From the NCBI RefSeq assembly GCF_011745625.1, contig NW_027191457.1, positions 1,054,001-1,118,000 of the forward strand: a DNA stretch of 64,000 bases, given 5' to 3'. This document shows positions 22,265 to 33,629 of the stretch, piece after piece. The position numbers and the translations under genes were made by a program. Position 1 is the stretch's first letter; each line of letters opens with the position of its first letter. The notes below the pieces were generated by a model that was not told the origin of the DNA, made no database searches, and was given only the letters and a program-made list of their open reading frames with translations. This stretch comes from Cladosporium halotolerans (taxonomy: Eukaryota).

Positions 22265-23547
22265 TCCCTCGTCGGTGCGGCGGCGCGGCCCAGCGTGTCA
22301 CGAGCACAGTCTCACGTCGAGAGAGGGCGGGAGCAGACTTCCCATTTGAGGGCCCAGCGCGACTGTGGGTGCCGCCAGTGACGTTGTGGGGTGGAGGAGA
22401 TGCGGCGAGGCGAGGTGCAGCAGCAGACGGGACGGTCGTGTGGTTTGGAAGACTGGACGTCGCCGCGGCGGAGCAGGTGGACGGAAGGGGAGGGAGCAGC
22501 AGGCCGGCGGCGGTTACAGGCAGGTTGTCTCAGAAAGTTCGATAGAAGGGCCGGCGTCGTGTGCGGGAGTGTGGGCGTGAGACGGGGCGCGGGCTCGCGT
22601 GCGGGCGGTGGGCGCGAGCGTACGGCGTGCGGCGGGCGGTGCGGACAGGCGGACGGCAGTGACAATAGCGAGCTGATCGGATGGTGAGATACTGGCGGCA
22701 AAAGGAGGGGAGGGATTTGAGGGCGAGGTTGATTTAGACGAACGTTCTGTGACGCTCCCCGGACCTTGTGCTCGGAGGCGCGCTGGTGCTGTGCGCTAGC
22801 TGCAGGTGCGCTTCGCTGTGTCTCCTCGCGCGGGCGCCGGCGAGCCGGGCGGGCTGAGGCGGCGGCTCCCTTTGACGAGCCACGACACCCCAATATCAAC
22901 GTGCTACCGGCGTATAGTGGCCGCAGGCTGTGTGGACGGGAAAATGCTCTATGGCGTGGACACCTCTCCAGACAGACCAGCCGGCACGCAATGGCAACCA
23001 CGGCGGCACATCCTCCACCACCTAAGAGCGCACGCTCAGCCCGCCCGCGCCCACGCTGCAGAACATCCGACCCTCACCATTCGGGTGTCACCCCCCTCCG
23101 CTTCTCACATGATGAGGAGACCCAGCCTCGCCAGCCTGCTCGCTGCGGGCCAGGCTTACGGCGTTGCTGCGACGGAGAGACTCACCGCGCCGCATCTGTG
23201 CTGGCCACGCTGACCGTCCGGTCATAACACGCTCCGGCCATCCACGTCGCACACCCAGCCGCCACCCCATTTAGAGGCACCGTCTGCTCAGCCTCACGCT
23301 GACACCGTCTTTGTCCCACGCTTGTGCTGTTTGCACTCTTCGCGCGCCCAGTCTGGGCAACGACGTCGTTCACCGCCGGCTTGAGACAAAGGGAATGGGA
23401 TGGAAATCAGTAAGTACTGCCAAGGTAGGCATTTCCTGTGTCTCCCAGACATGTTGACCAGATTGGAGCATGCATTTCCACTCGAAGTGATAGTCCCAAA
23501 AAAGGCGAGAAGCAAACATAAGTATCATTGCTCTAACCAAACCCCCC

Positions 23548-24291
23548 TCACAACCGACACAACCCCTCCAAATTCTCCTTCGTCTGCCCACTGAACTCCC
23601 TCACCAGCCGGCTAATCTCCCTAAACTCCCCAATCCCCGCATCGCCCATACACTCGTACAGAAAGCTCTCCGAACTCGTCACCACAACGCCTTCCGCCCT
23701 CAACCTCGCCAGCGCAATCGGCACCTCCTGCGGATTGCAGCTGCTCACCCCGTCCGCGAGCACGTACACCTTGTGGCCCTCGCGCAGCAGGTCCAGCGCC
23801 GTCTGCGTCACGCAAATATGGCTCTCGATCCCCACGATCACGACCTCGCGCTTCTCATTCCCCAGCGCTTCGAACGCCCGCCGCACCTCCGGAATCCACA
23901 TGCTGAACGCGGACTTGTCGGCGTGCGCCTGCGTCTTGACGCCCTCCGCGCTGTCGAGCTGGAGCTCGGGACAGGTCTCGCCGAGCTTGGCACGCAGCTG
24001 CGTCGTTGCGAAGACGGGGATGGAGAGGATTTGTGAGGCGCGCAGGAGCTTTTGGGTTGTTGAGACCACTTTGGGGAACTCGTGGATGGCGGGGCGGAAT
24101 TTCTCTTGCAGGTCGCAGATGCTGGGGAGGTGGTGGGTTAGTGCATGGATTGAGAGTCGGTTGGGGCGTGGCATGGGGCGTACAAGAGGGTTGGGCGCAC
24201 TGGAGAATGGGTCCGTCAGTCATTACTCTGGTTGAAGATGAGATGGCGGGGCTGGGTGAGGCGTACACAGGCGCCGGGTGGGTGCTGCCAT
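23548..24291 (-). CDS. Isochorismatase-family hydrolase (ISOC-like); exons 24291-24267, 24199-24184 (16-nt micro-exon), 24121-23548
   Basis: Spliced MAAPTRRLLRPTLFICDLQEKFR...KSAFSM...VGIESHICVTQT...VLADGVSS; ends in CRL. Confidence 0.9.
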
Positions 24292-24976
24292 CTTGATTGA
24301 TTATCGCGACTGGCGTGTGGGTATTCTAAATGGTGCAGAATGCTGTGTTTGCACAAGATTTGATTGTCGAGGCTACAGGTAACACTTCAAGTCGCCCAAA
24401 TGCCATAGACTTCATCATCATCGATCCGTCTCCCCGCGCTGGACCTCGGCTCCACTATCTACCGGGCTCCAAAGCTCAGCCCTATAGGATTGCGATTTGC
24501 TGCGAACGCCATTGGCCGTTTCTTCACGGCAGCATCATGGCAGCAACATCGCATATGTTGTCTTTTATCAGTCCACGATTCGATCAGTACAATCATGGAA
24601 GCGCATAGCATAGTGGGGAGGGATGACTTTGTATCCACGACCAGCACAAGACCCAAGCGAGCGGCCAGTGCTTGGTCCTGCTGGCTCTGACCGACTTTCG
24701 GACCCCTGAGATGACATGGGGAGCTAGTCAGGGCGACGGAAATACCGTTGCTGTTTAATTGATACTGTGCTAAGGATTAGCGCATCGTATTCACGAGGAC
24801 ATGAAATTCGAAGGAGCGTCCTGTCAGCGTTGCCGCCCGATCCGTTCTGGCCTCCAATCAGTATTTCTGACGCTGTTAGAGATTCGGGGTCAAGGTGTCG
24901 AGCAGAAGATGCATGAGTGTATGGTACGAATATATGCATGTGTCTAAGTGTAGTTGTATCCAATCCCAAATCCCGA

Positions 24977-26374
24977 TTACGCGCCGGCAGCAAAGAAACT
25001 CGCCAGACTGCCCACTGCCAGCCCAGCCACGAGGCAGAGGCCCATGAAACCACCAGCGGCCTCGCGCTCTTCGGGCTCAACCCACTCGCCTGCGCCGATC
25101 ATGCAAGTGCTTCCAAGATAGCCGTTCGTGAGACCGAAGAACAGCTGCACGACGACAAGGTAAAAGACATCGCTCTCGACAACAGCGCCCTGACCGCGGA
25201 TGTTGCACAGGTGGTAGAGACCTACCCATCCGACGCGGAGTACGGCCAGCAGCAGAACGATACGGGGTCGGGCAATGAGAGAAAGCGCCGGGATGGCAGT
25301 GACGAGACGGCCGAGGAGGTCGCCTATGTTCCAGAACAGGAATGCGAGTGGGATGAAGCTCGAAGGCTGCAAGAATGCCGGCTGGTCGGATGGCGGGCGC
25401 ACGGAGACGATGCGTTGCGTGAAGACTGGGAAAACCATCGTGATGCCGAAGGTGACGAAGACGGCGCTGGCGAGCCAGAAGAGCTTGCGAAAGAGTAAGC
25501 TTAAGGGGACCTCTTCGCGCGCGGGCTGGGGCTCATCCGTGGTCTCTGTCGTTGCGGTAGAAGTGGGTTTGCCAGTGACTTGACGGTGGCGAGTTGCGAG
25601 GTATGAGAAGGCGAAAAGGGTGAGTACGGAGATGATGGTGGCAGTTAGGAAGTATGCAAGCGCAGATGTGGATTTCACAGGTTGAGGGCCGGGCGCTGGT
25701 CGCTCTGGGGAGGGAATGCCATCGCTTGGGGCATTCAAGCTTTTCTCATCTTGGACAGACAGGACGGATACAATCTGTGCGATGCAAGGCAACACGCCTG
25801 CCACACCTTGACCAGTCATGATGCCCTGGGTGTACTGCGGTTGACCAAAACCAGATACGTAGGCGAAGATACCGTTCTGGCACAGGCCAGTGGCCAGACT
25901 GGTAGCAAATATCATGATCATGAGGAAGACGAAGTAGCCTGTCGCTCCGACATTGATGACAGTCGAGGCCGCCAGGAGGGCAAAGATGGCCATGTTGATG
26001 AACAGCGAGCTGATGATGCGTTTAGGGTAGCTGGCACCCGCTTGCATCCTCGTTAAGATGAGCATCGAGCCTAAGTTGGTGATGGTCGAGACGGCCAATT
26101 CTGCCGCTTGGAAGTTCTCGGATATCCACTTGCTATCGCGGAAGCGATGCTGAAAGTATGGGCCGGCCGCTAGGAACATGTTCCATGCCCACAGCATCGA
26201 GATACCCAAAAGTAGGAACACGCCATATTCCAGCCAGGAGAAGCGAGGCTTGCCGTCATCGTCCACAAACGATACATCGTCTTCTCTTCTATCGGCTTCT
26301 GTGATGCTGTTCTCGAGCGGCTCATACGCTTGCTCCTCCTCTTCTCCCTTCCATAGTCGGCGAATGCGGTCCAT
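24977..26374 (-). CDS. Equilibrative nucleoside transporter (ENT/FUN26-like)
   Basis: Many TM helices; LLGISMLWAWNMFL, MTGQGVAGVL, FLFWNIGDLLGR and FGLTNGYLGS. Confidence 0.92.
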   Translation of the reverse strand: MDRIRRLWKGEEEEQAYEPLENSITEADRREDDVSFVDDDGKPRFSWLEYGVFLLLGISMLWAWNMFLAAGPYFQHRFRDSKWISENFQAAELAVSTITNLGSMLILTRMQAGASYPKRIISSLFINMAIFALLAASTVINVGATGYFVFLMIMIFATSLATGLCQNGIFAYVSGFGQPQYTQGIMTGQGVAGVLPCIAQIVSVLSVQDEKSLNAPSDGIPSPERPAPGPQPVKSTSALAYFLTATIISVLTLFAFSYLATRHRQVTGKPTSTATTETTDEPQPAREEVPLSLLFRKLFWLASAVFVTFGITMVFPVFTQRIVSVRPPSDQPAFLQPSSFIPLAFLFWNIGDLLGRLVTAIPALSLIARPRIVLLLAVLRVGWVGLYHLCNIRGQGAVVESDVFYLVVVQLFFGLTNGYLGSTCMIGAGEWVEPEEREAAGGFMGLCLVAGLAVGSLASFFAAGA

Positions 26375-26471
26375 GATGGCACCTAGGCTTCAGGATGCCT
26401 AGTTGCGTAGTGTCCAGGAAGAATGGTGTATTTGCAGCGACTGGGTCACGAAATAAGTGGTCTATGGTTGC

Positions 26472-26568
26472 TGATAGGTAACTATCATGTGCTCAACCCA
26501 TGACGATGACGGCGAGTCACTGGTGTCGTGCGTGCTATCACGCGTTGCTGGTATCTGATCCACTATCA
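26472..26568. promoter_or_regulatory. Cluster of four TGATAG (HGATAR) GATA-factor sites upstream of the nucleoside transporter
   Basis: TGATAG at 26472; CTATCA at 26482, 26535 and 26563. Confidence 0.55.
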
Positions 26569-27530
26569 GCTGTCACGCGTCGGCCGCAGCTCCAACGACG
26601 TGGACCGTTTCGGCTTGATCCGCTTGCCGCACTCGCTTGAGCCCGCCCTGGCCTCTACCTAATACAAGTAGAGCACTCGTTTACCATGGAGCTTTCGTTC
26701 TTTCACATGACCGTCGTTCACTGCATGCACGTATGTTGTGCATACTTGCACCTTTGGTATGTTGACTGTGGCAGGGCGCAAGCAGCATCGCAAGGGGCCA
26801 CTTCAACCAGCCTCATCATGTGTGCCTGCGTTTCACGAAAGCTTATTATACTGGGGAACTTGGATGCACAAGTCGCTGCAAGACCACGTCGGCGCCGGCC
26901 GTATTATCTACTAGACGCTCCGAAACATTCCCTTAGCATGGTCTCGTAGTGGCTCGCGCAAGCGCAACGGCGCTTCCATCAGGCGTGCGATCGCTGGTAC
27001 ACACACATCATAGACACACAACTCAATCGCGGAGTGATGCACAGCACCGCCACAAGTCTCGAACGTTTGCAGCTCGCGGCAAACCGGATGGGCGCGCGGC
27101 AGGCTGCATCTTGCATGTCGAGGGAGTCGCCCGCTCGTCCCCACGTCATGGATGTGCGAAACGATCGGCGGCGCGCCGAAGCTGTGGGCGCGGCGGCCAG
27201 AGGACATAGCTTCCCTGCTGCAAAATCGCCTTTCCACAATGCTTCCCTGCTCGCAGGATCTCTGGCGACATCCGGGTCACGTCCTCCTCCGGTCACTTCC
27301 ATAATCACCTCTCCTATTTGATTCCACCGTTGCATATTTGCTTTGCATTTGGAGGCTTTTGCATATACAAATCTTCGCTACACCGTCACCTAATCTGATC
27401 ACCCTGGGAATAATTCGTCCAGGGCACCGTATTCCCGCATAGCCATTGCATTGTACAGAACAGGCCTATACACGCCAAACTCGTACAAAATGAGAGCCTA
27501 GAGGAAGGACTAATTGTACAATAAAACACC

Positions 27531-30500
27531 ATGGACGAAATCCTCGAAAGCTCGCACGCCGGCTCCGAGAGCATGGCCTCCTCCATCCTCACCGAACGCC
27601 CCGACTCCCCACACAGCGGCCCTCGCTCTCTCACGCAGGAAGTCGAGCACATCAAGCAGCTCCTCTCCCGCTTCCAGTCTGCCCCCAAGAGCAACGAGGG
27701 AAGCATCACCGCCCAAGTCTTCCGCCGCCGCAGCTCGCCGCAGCACAATGTCACCCAGGCACAGCTCTTCCACGAGCTTGATGGTCTGAAAAGGCGCATC
27801 AGGCACGAGACGCAGCCGCGGAGGGAGAGGGAGGAGAGCGTGTCGAGGGATCCGGACACGGAGAGCGAGGTTGAGCCGGGCGATGTGCCGGACCAGCGGG
27901 AGGAGGAGGTCGAGAGGCTGAGGGAGGAGGTCCAGCTTGTCAAGTCGCAGAGGGAGAAGTGGCTCGCGGACGCTGAGGCACGGATCGACAAGATTCTGGG
28001 CGAAAAGGAGGCTGCCGAGGAGAAGTCGCAAAAGTGGGAGGCTCAGCTCAAGGACCTCTCCAAGCAGCTGGATGAGATCAAGAAGGCTCTGCATGCTTCC
28101 CAGGCGGAGCACAAGAAGGTTGAGCTGTCGAATGAGAAGGCTCAGGCTTCTGTCAAGTCTCTTGCATCGGAGAAGTCGAACCTTGAGCAGCAGCTGGCGT
28201 CTATCCGTGAGACTTTGGAGTCACAGAGGAAGGAAGCGGAGAGTGTCAACGAGGCCTTGCAATCCTCAAGAAAAGAAGTGGAAACTGTCACCGAGGCCAA
28301 GCGCGCCGCTGAGAAAGATGCCAGCGATGCGAAGACCAAGGCCCAGAAGCTCGAGAGCACCAAGGCAGAGAACGAAAAGGCCTTGGCCGACAAAGACCGC
28401 CAGCTTGAGAAGGCTGCTGAAGATCACCGTCACTTCGCGCAAGAAATGAAGACGAAGATCCAGGACCTGGAGAATGTCAAATCTGATATGGACACCAAAT
28501 TGGCCGATAAAGACCGCCAACTCACCGAGGCCCTTGAAGGCAAGCGCTCCGCCGAGCAGGACGCCGACGGAGCAAGGACTAAGATCCAAGAGCTCGAGAA
28601 GATCAAGCTTGAAAGCGAGGATGCTTCTGCAGCGAAGGATCGCCGGATTGCCACGCTGGAGCGTGAGGAGAGGGAGGCCAGCGAGAAGCTGCAGTCCGCC
28701 GTCAAGGAGCACAAGGCCGCCTCTGAAGCCACCAGCAAGGAGCTCCAAGACCTCAAGACCCAGCTCGAGTCGAGCAAAGCTGCTTCTGAGGAAGCGTCAA
28801 CGACCATCGCCTCGCTCCAGGAGAAACTCACCAAAGCCGAATCCGCAGCCGCGCAGACCTACGAGCAGAGCAAGGCTGAGCGCGTCCGCGTCGCTGCTGA
28901 GACTCAGGCTCAGATGAAGCGCAATGACGAGACGCTTGCGGATGTGGTTTCAAAGCAGAAGGAGCTCTCGGATCTCAGGGCTGAGTCCCAGGAGACCCGC
29001 ACTAGACTGGACGCCATGGCCCACGAGCAGGAGGAGCTCAGACTGGCTCTTGACTCGAAGGCCAACGAGCTCCAGGACCTGAAGGATGTCCATGAGAAGG
29101 AGAACACCACTGCGCGCGAGACTCAATCGAAGGAAGCAGAGCAGGTGCTGGCTGCCCATGAGAAAGAGCTTCGGGAAGTGAAGGATTCTCATGAGAATGA
29201 TCTCAGCCGCATGAAGACCGAGCTTGAGGGCTCGCTCGCCGAAGCGAAGTCTGCACAAGAAGGCCTGAAGACGAAGCTGGCTGAACTTGCTGGCAAGCTC
29301 GCAAGAGATACCAAGGAGCACCGCGTTTTCCGCGAGGAGGCTGAGAAGGAGAAGCAAAGTAACGCTGAGGAGCTCAATGCTTCTAAGGCTAAGCTTGATG
29401 AGCTCCAGAAGTCTCTTACCTCTAGTCAGGAGACCATCGCAGAGTTGCAGCGCAAGTTGAAGACGCAGGTCGATGACTTCGAGGCGAAGCATGCATACTC
29501 TGCCAAGGAACTCGAGACTGCTCAAGAGCAGCTTGCTTCCAAGACACAGGAGCTGCAGGAGGTGAGCCAGAAGCGGATCGAGCTGTCTGAGTCTTTCGAG
29601 GAGGCAACCAGACTCCATGGGGAGAAGGGTGAGGCACACGAGAAGGCTGTGGCTGCGATGAAGGCTGCCCATGACAAGGATGTCGAAAGACTGAACGCTA
29701 CTGTCGAAGAGCTCTCGAGCGCTCGGGAGATGGCTGCTAACGAGAAAGACAACAAGCAGAAGGAAGTCGACGACCTGAAGTCTAAGCACACTGCAGAGCT
29801 CGAACACCTGCAATCCGAACTTGAGACCGCCCGTGCGAACCTGGAGAAGGCATCGATCGACCAAGATGGCGCACACGCATCCGCTCTGGAAAGCCTGAGA
29901 ACCGAACACGCAGACGCCATCAAGAACCTGCAATCTCAGCACGCATCCGAACTCGAACGTGCAAAGACCGACTCCGAATCCGCCGTCCAAAACCTGGAGC
30001 AGGAGCACCAGCGCCTCGTCGAACAGCGCGCGCAATTCCACGAATCCGCTGTGCAGGCGCTCAAGGCAAGCCACGAGGAAGCCGTCAACGAACTCAAGGC
30101 CAAGTACGCCGCCGACGCTGAACAAGCAGACTCCGATGCAAAGGCCGCCGCTGACAACCACATCAAAGCTCTTGAGACCTTGAAGGGACTCCACACTTCT
30201 GAGAGTGCGCGTGCCCGCGAGGAGGCGGACGCTGCGGCGGAGAGTGCCAGGCGGGAAGACCAGAAGGTTGTGGATGAGCGTGAGGCGGCGCACTCGGCTG
30301 CTGTTGAGACGCTCAAGGTCGACCATGCGGCGGAGGTTGAGGAGTTGAAGACGGGTCATGCAGCGGAGCTTCAGCGCTCCGGCGATAATGCTACCGCTGC
30401 GTCGAAGAGTCAGGCTAGTTTGTTGCAGGATCGTATTAAGGAGTTTGAAGGTCAAATCGAGGATCTGCGTAAGAATCATTCCAACGAACTTGAGAAGGCG

Positions 30501-33500
30501 AAGAAGGAGCATGGCAAATCTATGGAAGAGAGAGACAGCAAGCACCAAAGCGCCGTCAGTGATTTGCAGAAGCAGCACGAGGAAGTCGTCGGTCGTCTCC
30601 GTGATGAATCAACTACAGCTGGTCAGAACGCCAAAGCGCTCGAAGAAAAGCTACGCGAAGGTCATGTGCAAGAGCTGGAGCAGCTGAAGTTGCAGCATCA
30701 GGCATCTCTTGATGATGCCAACAACAAGCACAAGGCCGAGGCGGATAGCCTTCAGAAGGAACATGAAGCTGAGGTCAAGCGTCTCAGAGAGGAAGCATCT
30801 GCAGCAGCCGCCGATGCCTCCAACGCCCACAATGTCGAGTCCGACCGCCTCCAGAAGTCCTACGCTGAGGCGCTGGAGAAGGCCAAGACAGATCGTGAAA
30901 GCGCTCTCCAGGAGCTCCGCAACAAGCACAGCACCGAACGTGGCAGCGACAAGTCTCTCACCCAAGAAAAGGTAGGATCTCTTGAGAACGAACTCGCGGA
31001 CCTCAAGGTGCAGCACCAGCGTTCAGTCCAGGAGACAGCTGAAGCGCACAGAGCTGCTCTCGCCGAGAGTGAAGCCAGAGGCAAGCAGTCTAGCGAGTCT
31101 CACCGCACCATGCTCTCTGCCATTCGTGATCGTTACGAAGAAAAGGCAGAGGAGACAAGAAAGACCCATGAGGCGGAGATTACCGCTATGAAGGAAGCCG
31201 AAGAGGCGAAGCATGCCGAGATCTCGAAGCTGCGGGAGGAGCACCAGTCCTCTTTGACTGAGATGCAAGATAAATTGGAGACTGAGATTCGAAGCTCGCG
31301 AGAACAGCGCGAAAAGTCAACCAGCGACCTCAAGACATCTCTTCAGTCGCAGGTCAAGCTGGCGCGCGAGGACCACGAGGCCGCCCTGAAAGAGCGAGAC
31401 GACATGTGGTCGAAGAAGATCTCGGACATCCAAAGCGAACACGAGAAGGCCATCGCGCAGGCTCTGAAAATGAACGACGATTCGTCAGCGACCAAGCTGA
31501 AGCAAGCGAATGAGTGGAATGCTACCGCTCTCAACCGCGCTCTTGAGGATGCCCGGGCTGAAGCTGAGCGCAAGAGTTCTGAAGCTCAGACTGCACACAA
31601 TGAGGCTCTGCAGAAGGCGCTCGAAGAGGGGAAGAAGAGCAGCGATGCTGAACTCGCCGCTTTAAAGCAGAATCATGAGAAGATGCTGGCTCAAGTCCAG
31701 GCCGACTCAGAGAAGGCTTCCGGCGAACAACTCGCTGAGCTCGAGCGCAAGCACCAGGAAGAGATGTCGTCAGCTGTTGCAGGCTCGGAGGATTCTGCTC
31801 GCCAGGCGTCCGACAAGATGGCATCGGCGCACAATGCTCAAGTACTCGAGACCCGCTCTGCTTTCGAGCAGCAGCTTGCCGTCCTGCAGGCTAAGGTGGA
31901 GGAGTCGACTGAGCAGCAACACTTGCTGGAGAGTGACCTCGCCACGCTGCACGAGGAAAACCGCGTCCTTGCCGAGAAGCGCGACAAAGCAGAGCTGGAA
32001 ATGAACAATTTGCGTATCGAGCTCGAGGGCCACGAAGCTCACACGACTGCAGAAATCAAGCGTTTGCAAGAGGAATTTGAAGCACTTCAGTCTCACTCGG
32101 AGGCCGTGAAGCAAGAGCGTGAAGAAGCAGAGGTCCTGATGCAGCGAAGCATTAACGAGAAGGCGCAGCTTGAGAGGCAGGTTTCTATGCTGAATAGGCA
32201 GCTTTCGACTGGCAGCTCGATGTCTCGGAGACCCTCCTCCCGCGGTCTCGATGTCGCATTCCATGAAGGGCACTCGCCGCTTAGGAACGGTGGAGATCGA
32301 CCTGTATCTCGTGGCAGCGCGCGACCGGGGACATCGTACTCAGAACGCCACGATCTGCACAAGTCTGGCTCCGATTCTCCTAAGGTGAGCATGGCGGCAG
32401 CAGCGGCCGCAGCGGCTGTAGGACGAAACCCTGGTCCACGGCCCAGCACTCCTTCAGGCCGTCCGTCCACTCCTCAGCAGCAACACAGCAGACGGGTCAG
32501 TCGCGGGCAAGCTCCGTCATCGTTTGAAGACTATCTGCATAATGCTCAGACCGAGCTCTCCGAACTCGGTAGTGCCATTACAGCGAATGAGGCCCTGTTT
32601 GCACAGAAGATCCGGGAGCATGTAGGGGACTTGCAAAAAGCTAAGGACATGCTGGCTCGCGAGTACAAGGACAAGTTTGATGCTCTGCTCCATGACAGGG
32701 ACCGTAAGGATAAGGAGACCGATGCGAAGCATGCCGCAGAGTTTGTCACAGAGCGCAATGCTCTCGTGGCAAGCTACGGAGCCAGCAACGGTCATCAGAA
32801 CGGCCACGTCGAGCTGCCCAGACAGCAAGCCGAGGCTCTCAGAACTGCCGAACAGAAGCTCGTGGCTGACTACAACACCCGGATCGCTAAGAAGAAGTCT
32901 CAAATCCGACTCAAGCACGCTGAGGAGTTCCAGTCGTTGACTCTCGACTACGATCGCCGCGTTGCCGAAGTTCTTCACGACCGAGCCCGCCTCGAAGGCG
33001 ATCTGTCAGTCAACCCTGATAGGTTCGAGCACGACTTCGAAGAGCTAGACGCGAAGTCCGTCCAACTCGAAGCCGAGAAGCAGAGCGCGCACGGCAGCCC
33101 CGTCTCCCAGAGAAAGACTCCGCAGGTACCGCAGAGCCCCGAAATGCAGCGCAACAGAGTCGGCTCGCAGTCCGGAAAACGCGTAGTGACCGCACCACCT
33201 CGCACCCCGACCTCTGCTGCTAAACAGCGAGGTTTCTTCCCTGGCGGCAGAGACAAGCCGAATGCAACGGCTCAGCCACAAACGCCTCGCACGCCCGCCA
33301 CAGGCAAATCCGACCGCTCGTCGTCCAACGCTTTCCCTCCTGTTTCCCAGCGCTCTCTGATGCGTGAAGTCTCCCCTCCAGACGGGCCTCTCACCCGGCG
33401 CACCGTCAGCGGCGAAGGAAGGACCTCGGAGAAGTGGGCTTCCCCTGCGGACGTGAGTGCGAACAAGGACCAGGACTTCGGCGTCGATCCCGAGGCTTTT

Positions 33501-33629
33501 GAGGCTGGCGCACATGCTTCTAGGTTGAGGAGGCATGCTGGGAGTCCCGATCTCAGACGTGTATCGATGGACTCGCAAAGGGCGACGCCTAGGAGCGAGC
33601 AGAAAAAGAAGGGTCCGCGGGCGTCTTAG
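27531..33629 (+). CDS. Very long coiled-coil protein (2032 aa), function unknown
   Basis: Uninterrupted ORF with strong codon bias, E/K/A/Q/H-rich helical rod and Ser/Pro/Arg-rich disordered tail. Confidence 0.88.
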   Translation: MDEILESSHAGSESMASSILTERPDSPHSGPRSLTQEVEHIKQLLSRFQSAPKSNEGSITAQVFRRRSSPQHNVTQAQLFHELDGLKRRIRHETQPRREREESVSRDPDTESEVEPGDVPDQREEEVERLREEVQLVKSQREKWLADAEARIDKILGEKEAAEEKSQKWEAQLKDLSKQLDEIKKALHASQAEHKKVELSNEKAQASVKSLASEKSNLEQQLASIRETLESQRKEAESVNEALQSSRKEVETVTEAKRAAEKDASDAKTKAQKLESTKAENEKALADKDRQLEKAAEDHRHFAQEMKTKIQDLENVKSDMDTKLADKDRQLTEALEGKRSAEQDADGARTKIQELEKIKLESEDASAAKDRRIATLEREEREASEKLQSAVKEHKAASEATSKELQDLKTQLESSKAASEEASTTIASLQEKLTKAESAAAQTYEQSKAERVRVAAETQAQMKRNDETLADVVSKQKELSDLRAESQETRTRLDAMAHEQEELRLALDSKANELQDLKDVHEKENTTARETQSKEAEQVLAAHEKELREVKDSHENDLSRMKTELEGSLAEAKSAQEGLKTKLAELAGKLARDTKEHRVFREEAEKEKQSNAEELNASKAKLDELQKSLTSSQETIAELQRKLKTQVDDFEAKHAYSAKELETAQEQLASKTQELQEVSQKRIELSESFEEATRLHGEKGEAHEKAVAAMKAAHDKDVERLNATVEELSSAREMAANEKDNKQKEVDDLKSKHTAELEHLQSELETARANLEKASIDQDGAHASALESLRTEHADAIKNLQSQHASELERAKTDSESAVQNLEQEHQRLVEQRAQFHESAVQALKASHEEAVNELKAKYAADAEQADSDAKAAADNHIKALETLKGLHTSESARAREEADAAAESARREDQKVVDEREAAHSAAVETLKVDHAAEVEELKTGHAAELQRSGDNATAASKSQASLLQDRIKEFEGQIEDLRKNHSNELEKAKKEHGKSMEERDSKHQSAVSDLQKQHEEVVGRLRDESTTAGQNAKALEEKLREGHVQELEQLKLQHQASLDDANNKHKAEADSLQKEHEAEVKRLREEASAAAADASNAHNVESDRLQKSYAEALEKAKTDRESALQELRNKHSTERGSDKSLTQEKVGSLENELADLKVQHQRSVQETAEAHRAALAESEARGKQSSESHRTMLSAIRDRYEEKAEETRKTHEAEITAMKEAEEAKHAEISKLREEHQSSLTEMQDKLETEIRSSREQREKSTSDLKTSLQSQVKLAREDHEAALKERDDMWSKKISDIQSEHEKAIAQALKMNDDSSATKLKQANEWNATALNRALEDARAEAERKSSEAQTAHNEALQKALEEGKKSSDAELAALKQNHEKMLAQVQADSEKASGEQLAELERKHQEEMSSAVAGSEDSARQASDKMASAHNAQVLETRSAFEQQLAVLQAKVEESTEQQHLLESDLATLHEENRVLAEKRDKAELEMNNLRIELEGHEAHTTAEIKRLQEEFEALQSHSEAVKQEREEAEVLMQRSINEKAQLERQVSMLNRQLSTGSSMSRRPSSRGLDVAFHEGHSPLRNGGDRPVSRGSARPGTSYSERHDLHKSGSDSPKVSMAAAAAAAAVGRNPGPRPSTPSGRPSTPQQQHSRRVSRGQAPSSFEDYLHNAQTELSELGSAITANEALFAQKIREHVGDLQKAKDMLAREYKDKFDALLHDRDRKDKETDAKHAAEFVTERNALVASYGASNGHQNGHVELPRQQAEALRTAEQKLVADYNTRIAKKKSQIRLKHAEEFQSLTLDYDRRVAEVLHDRARLEGDLSVNPDRFEHDFEELDAKSVQLEAEKQSAHGSPVSQRKTPQVPQSPEMQRNRVGSQSGKRVVTAPPRTPTSAAKQRGFFPGGRDKPNATAQPQTPRTPATGKSDRSSSNAFPPVSQRSLMREVSPPDGPLTRRTVSGEGRTSEKWASPADVSANKDQDFGVDPEAFEAGAHASRLRRHAGSPDLRRVSMDSQRATPRSEQKKKGPRAS

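Noticed and set aside
22268..22345. Possible extra 5' exon (MGSLLPPSLD) for the nucleotidyltransferase
   Set aside because: It would need a GAG acceptor and a poor branch site; it cannot be distinguished from a uORF without RNA data.
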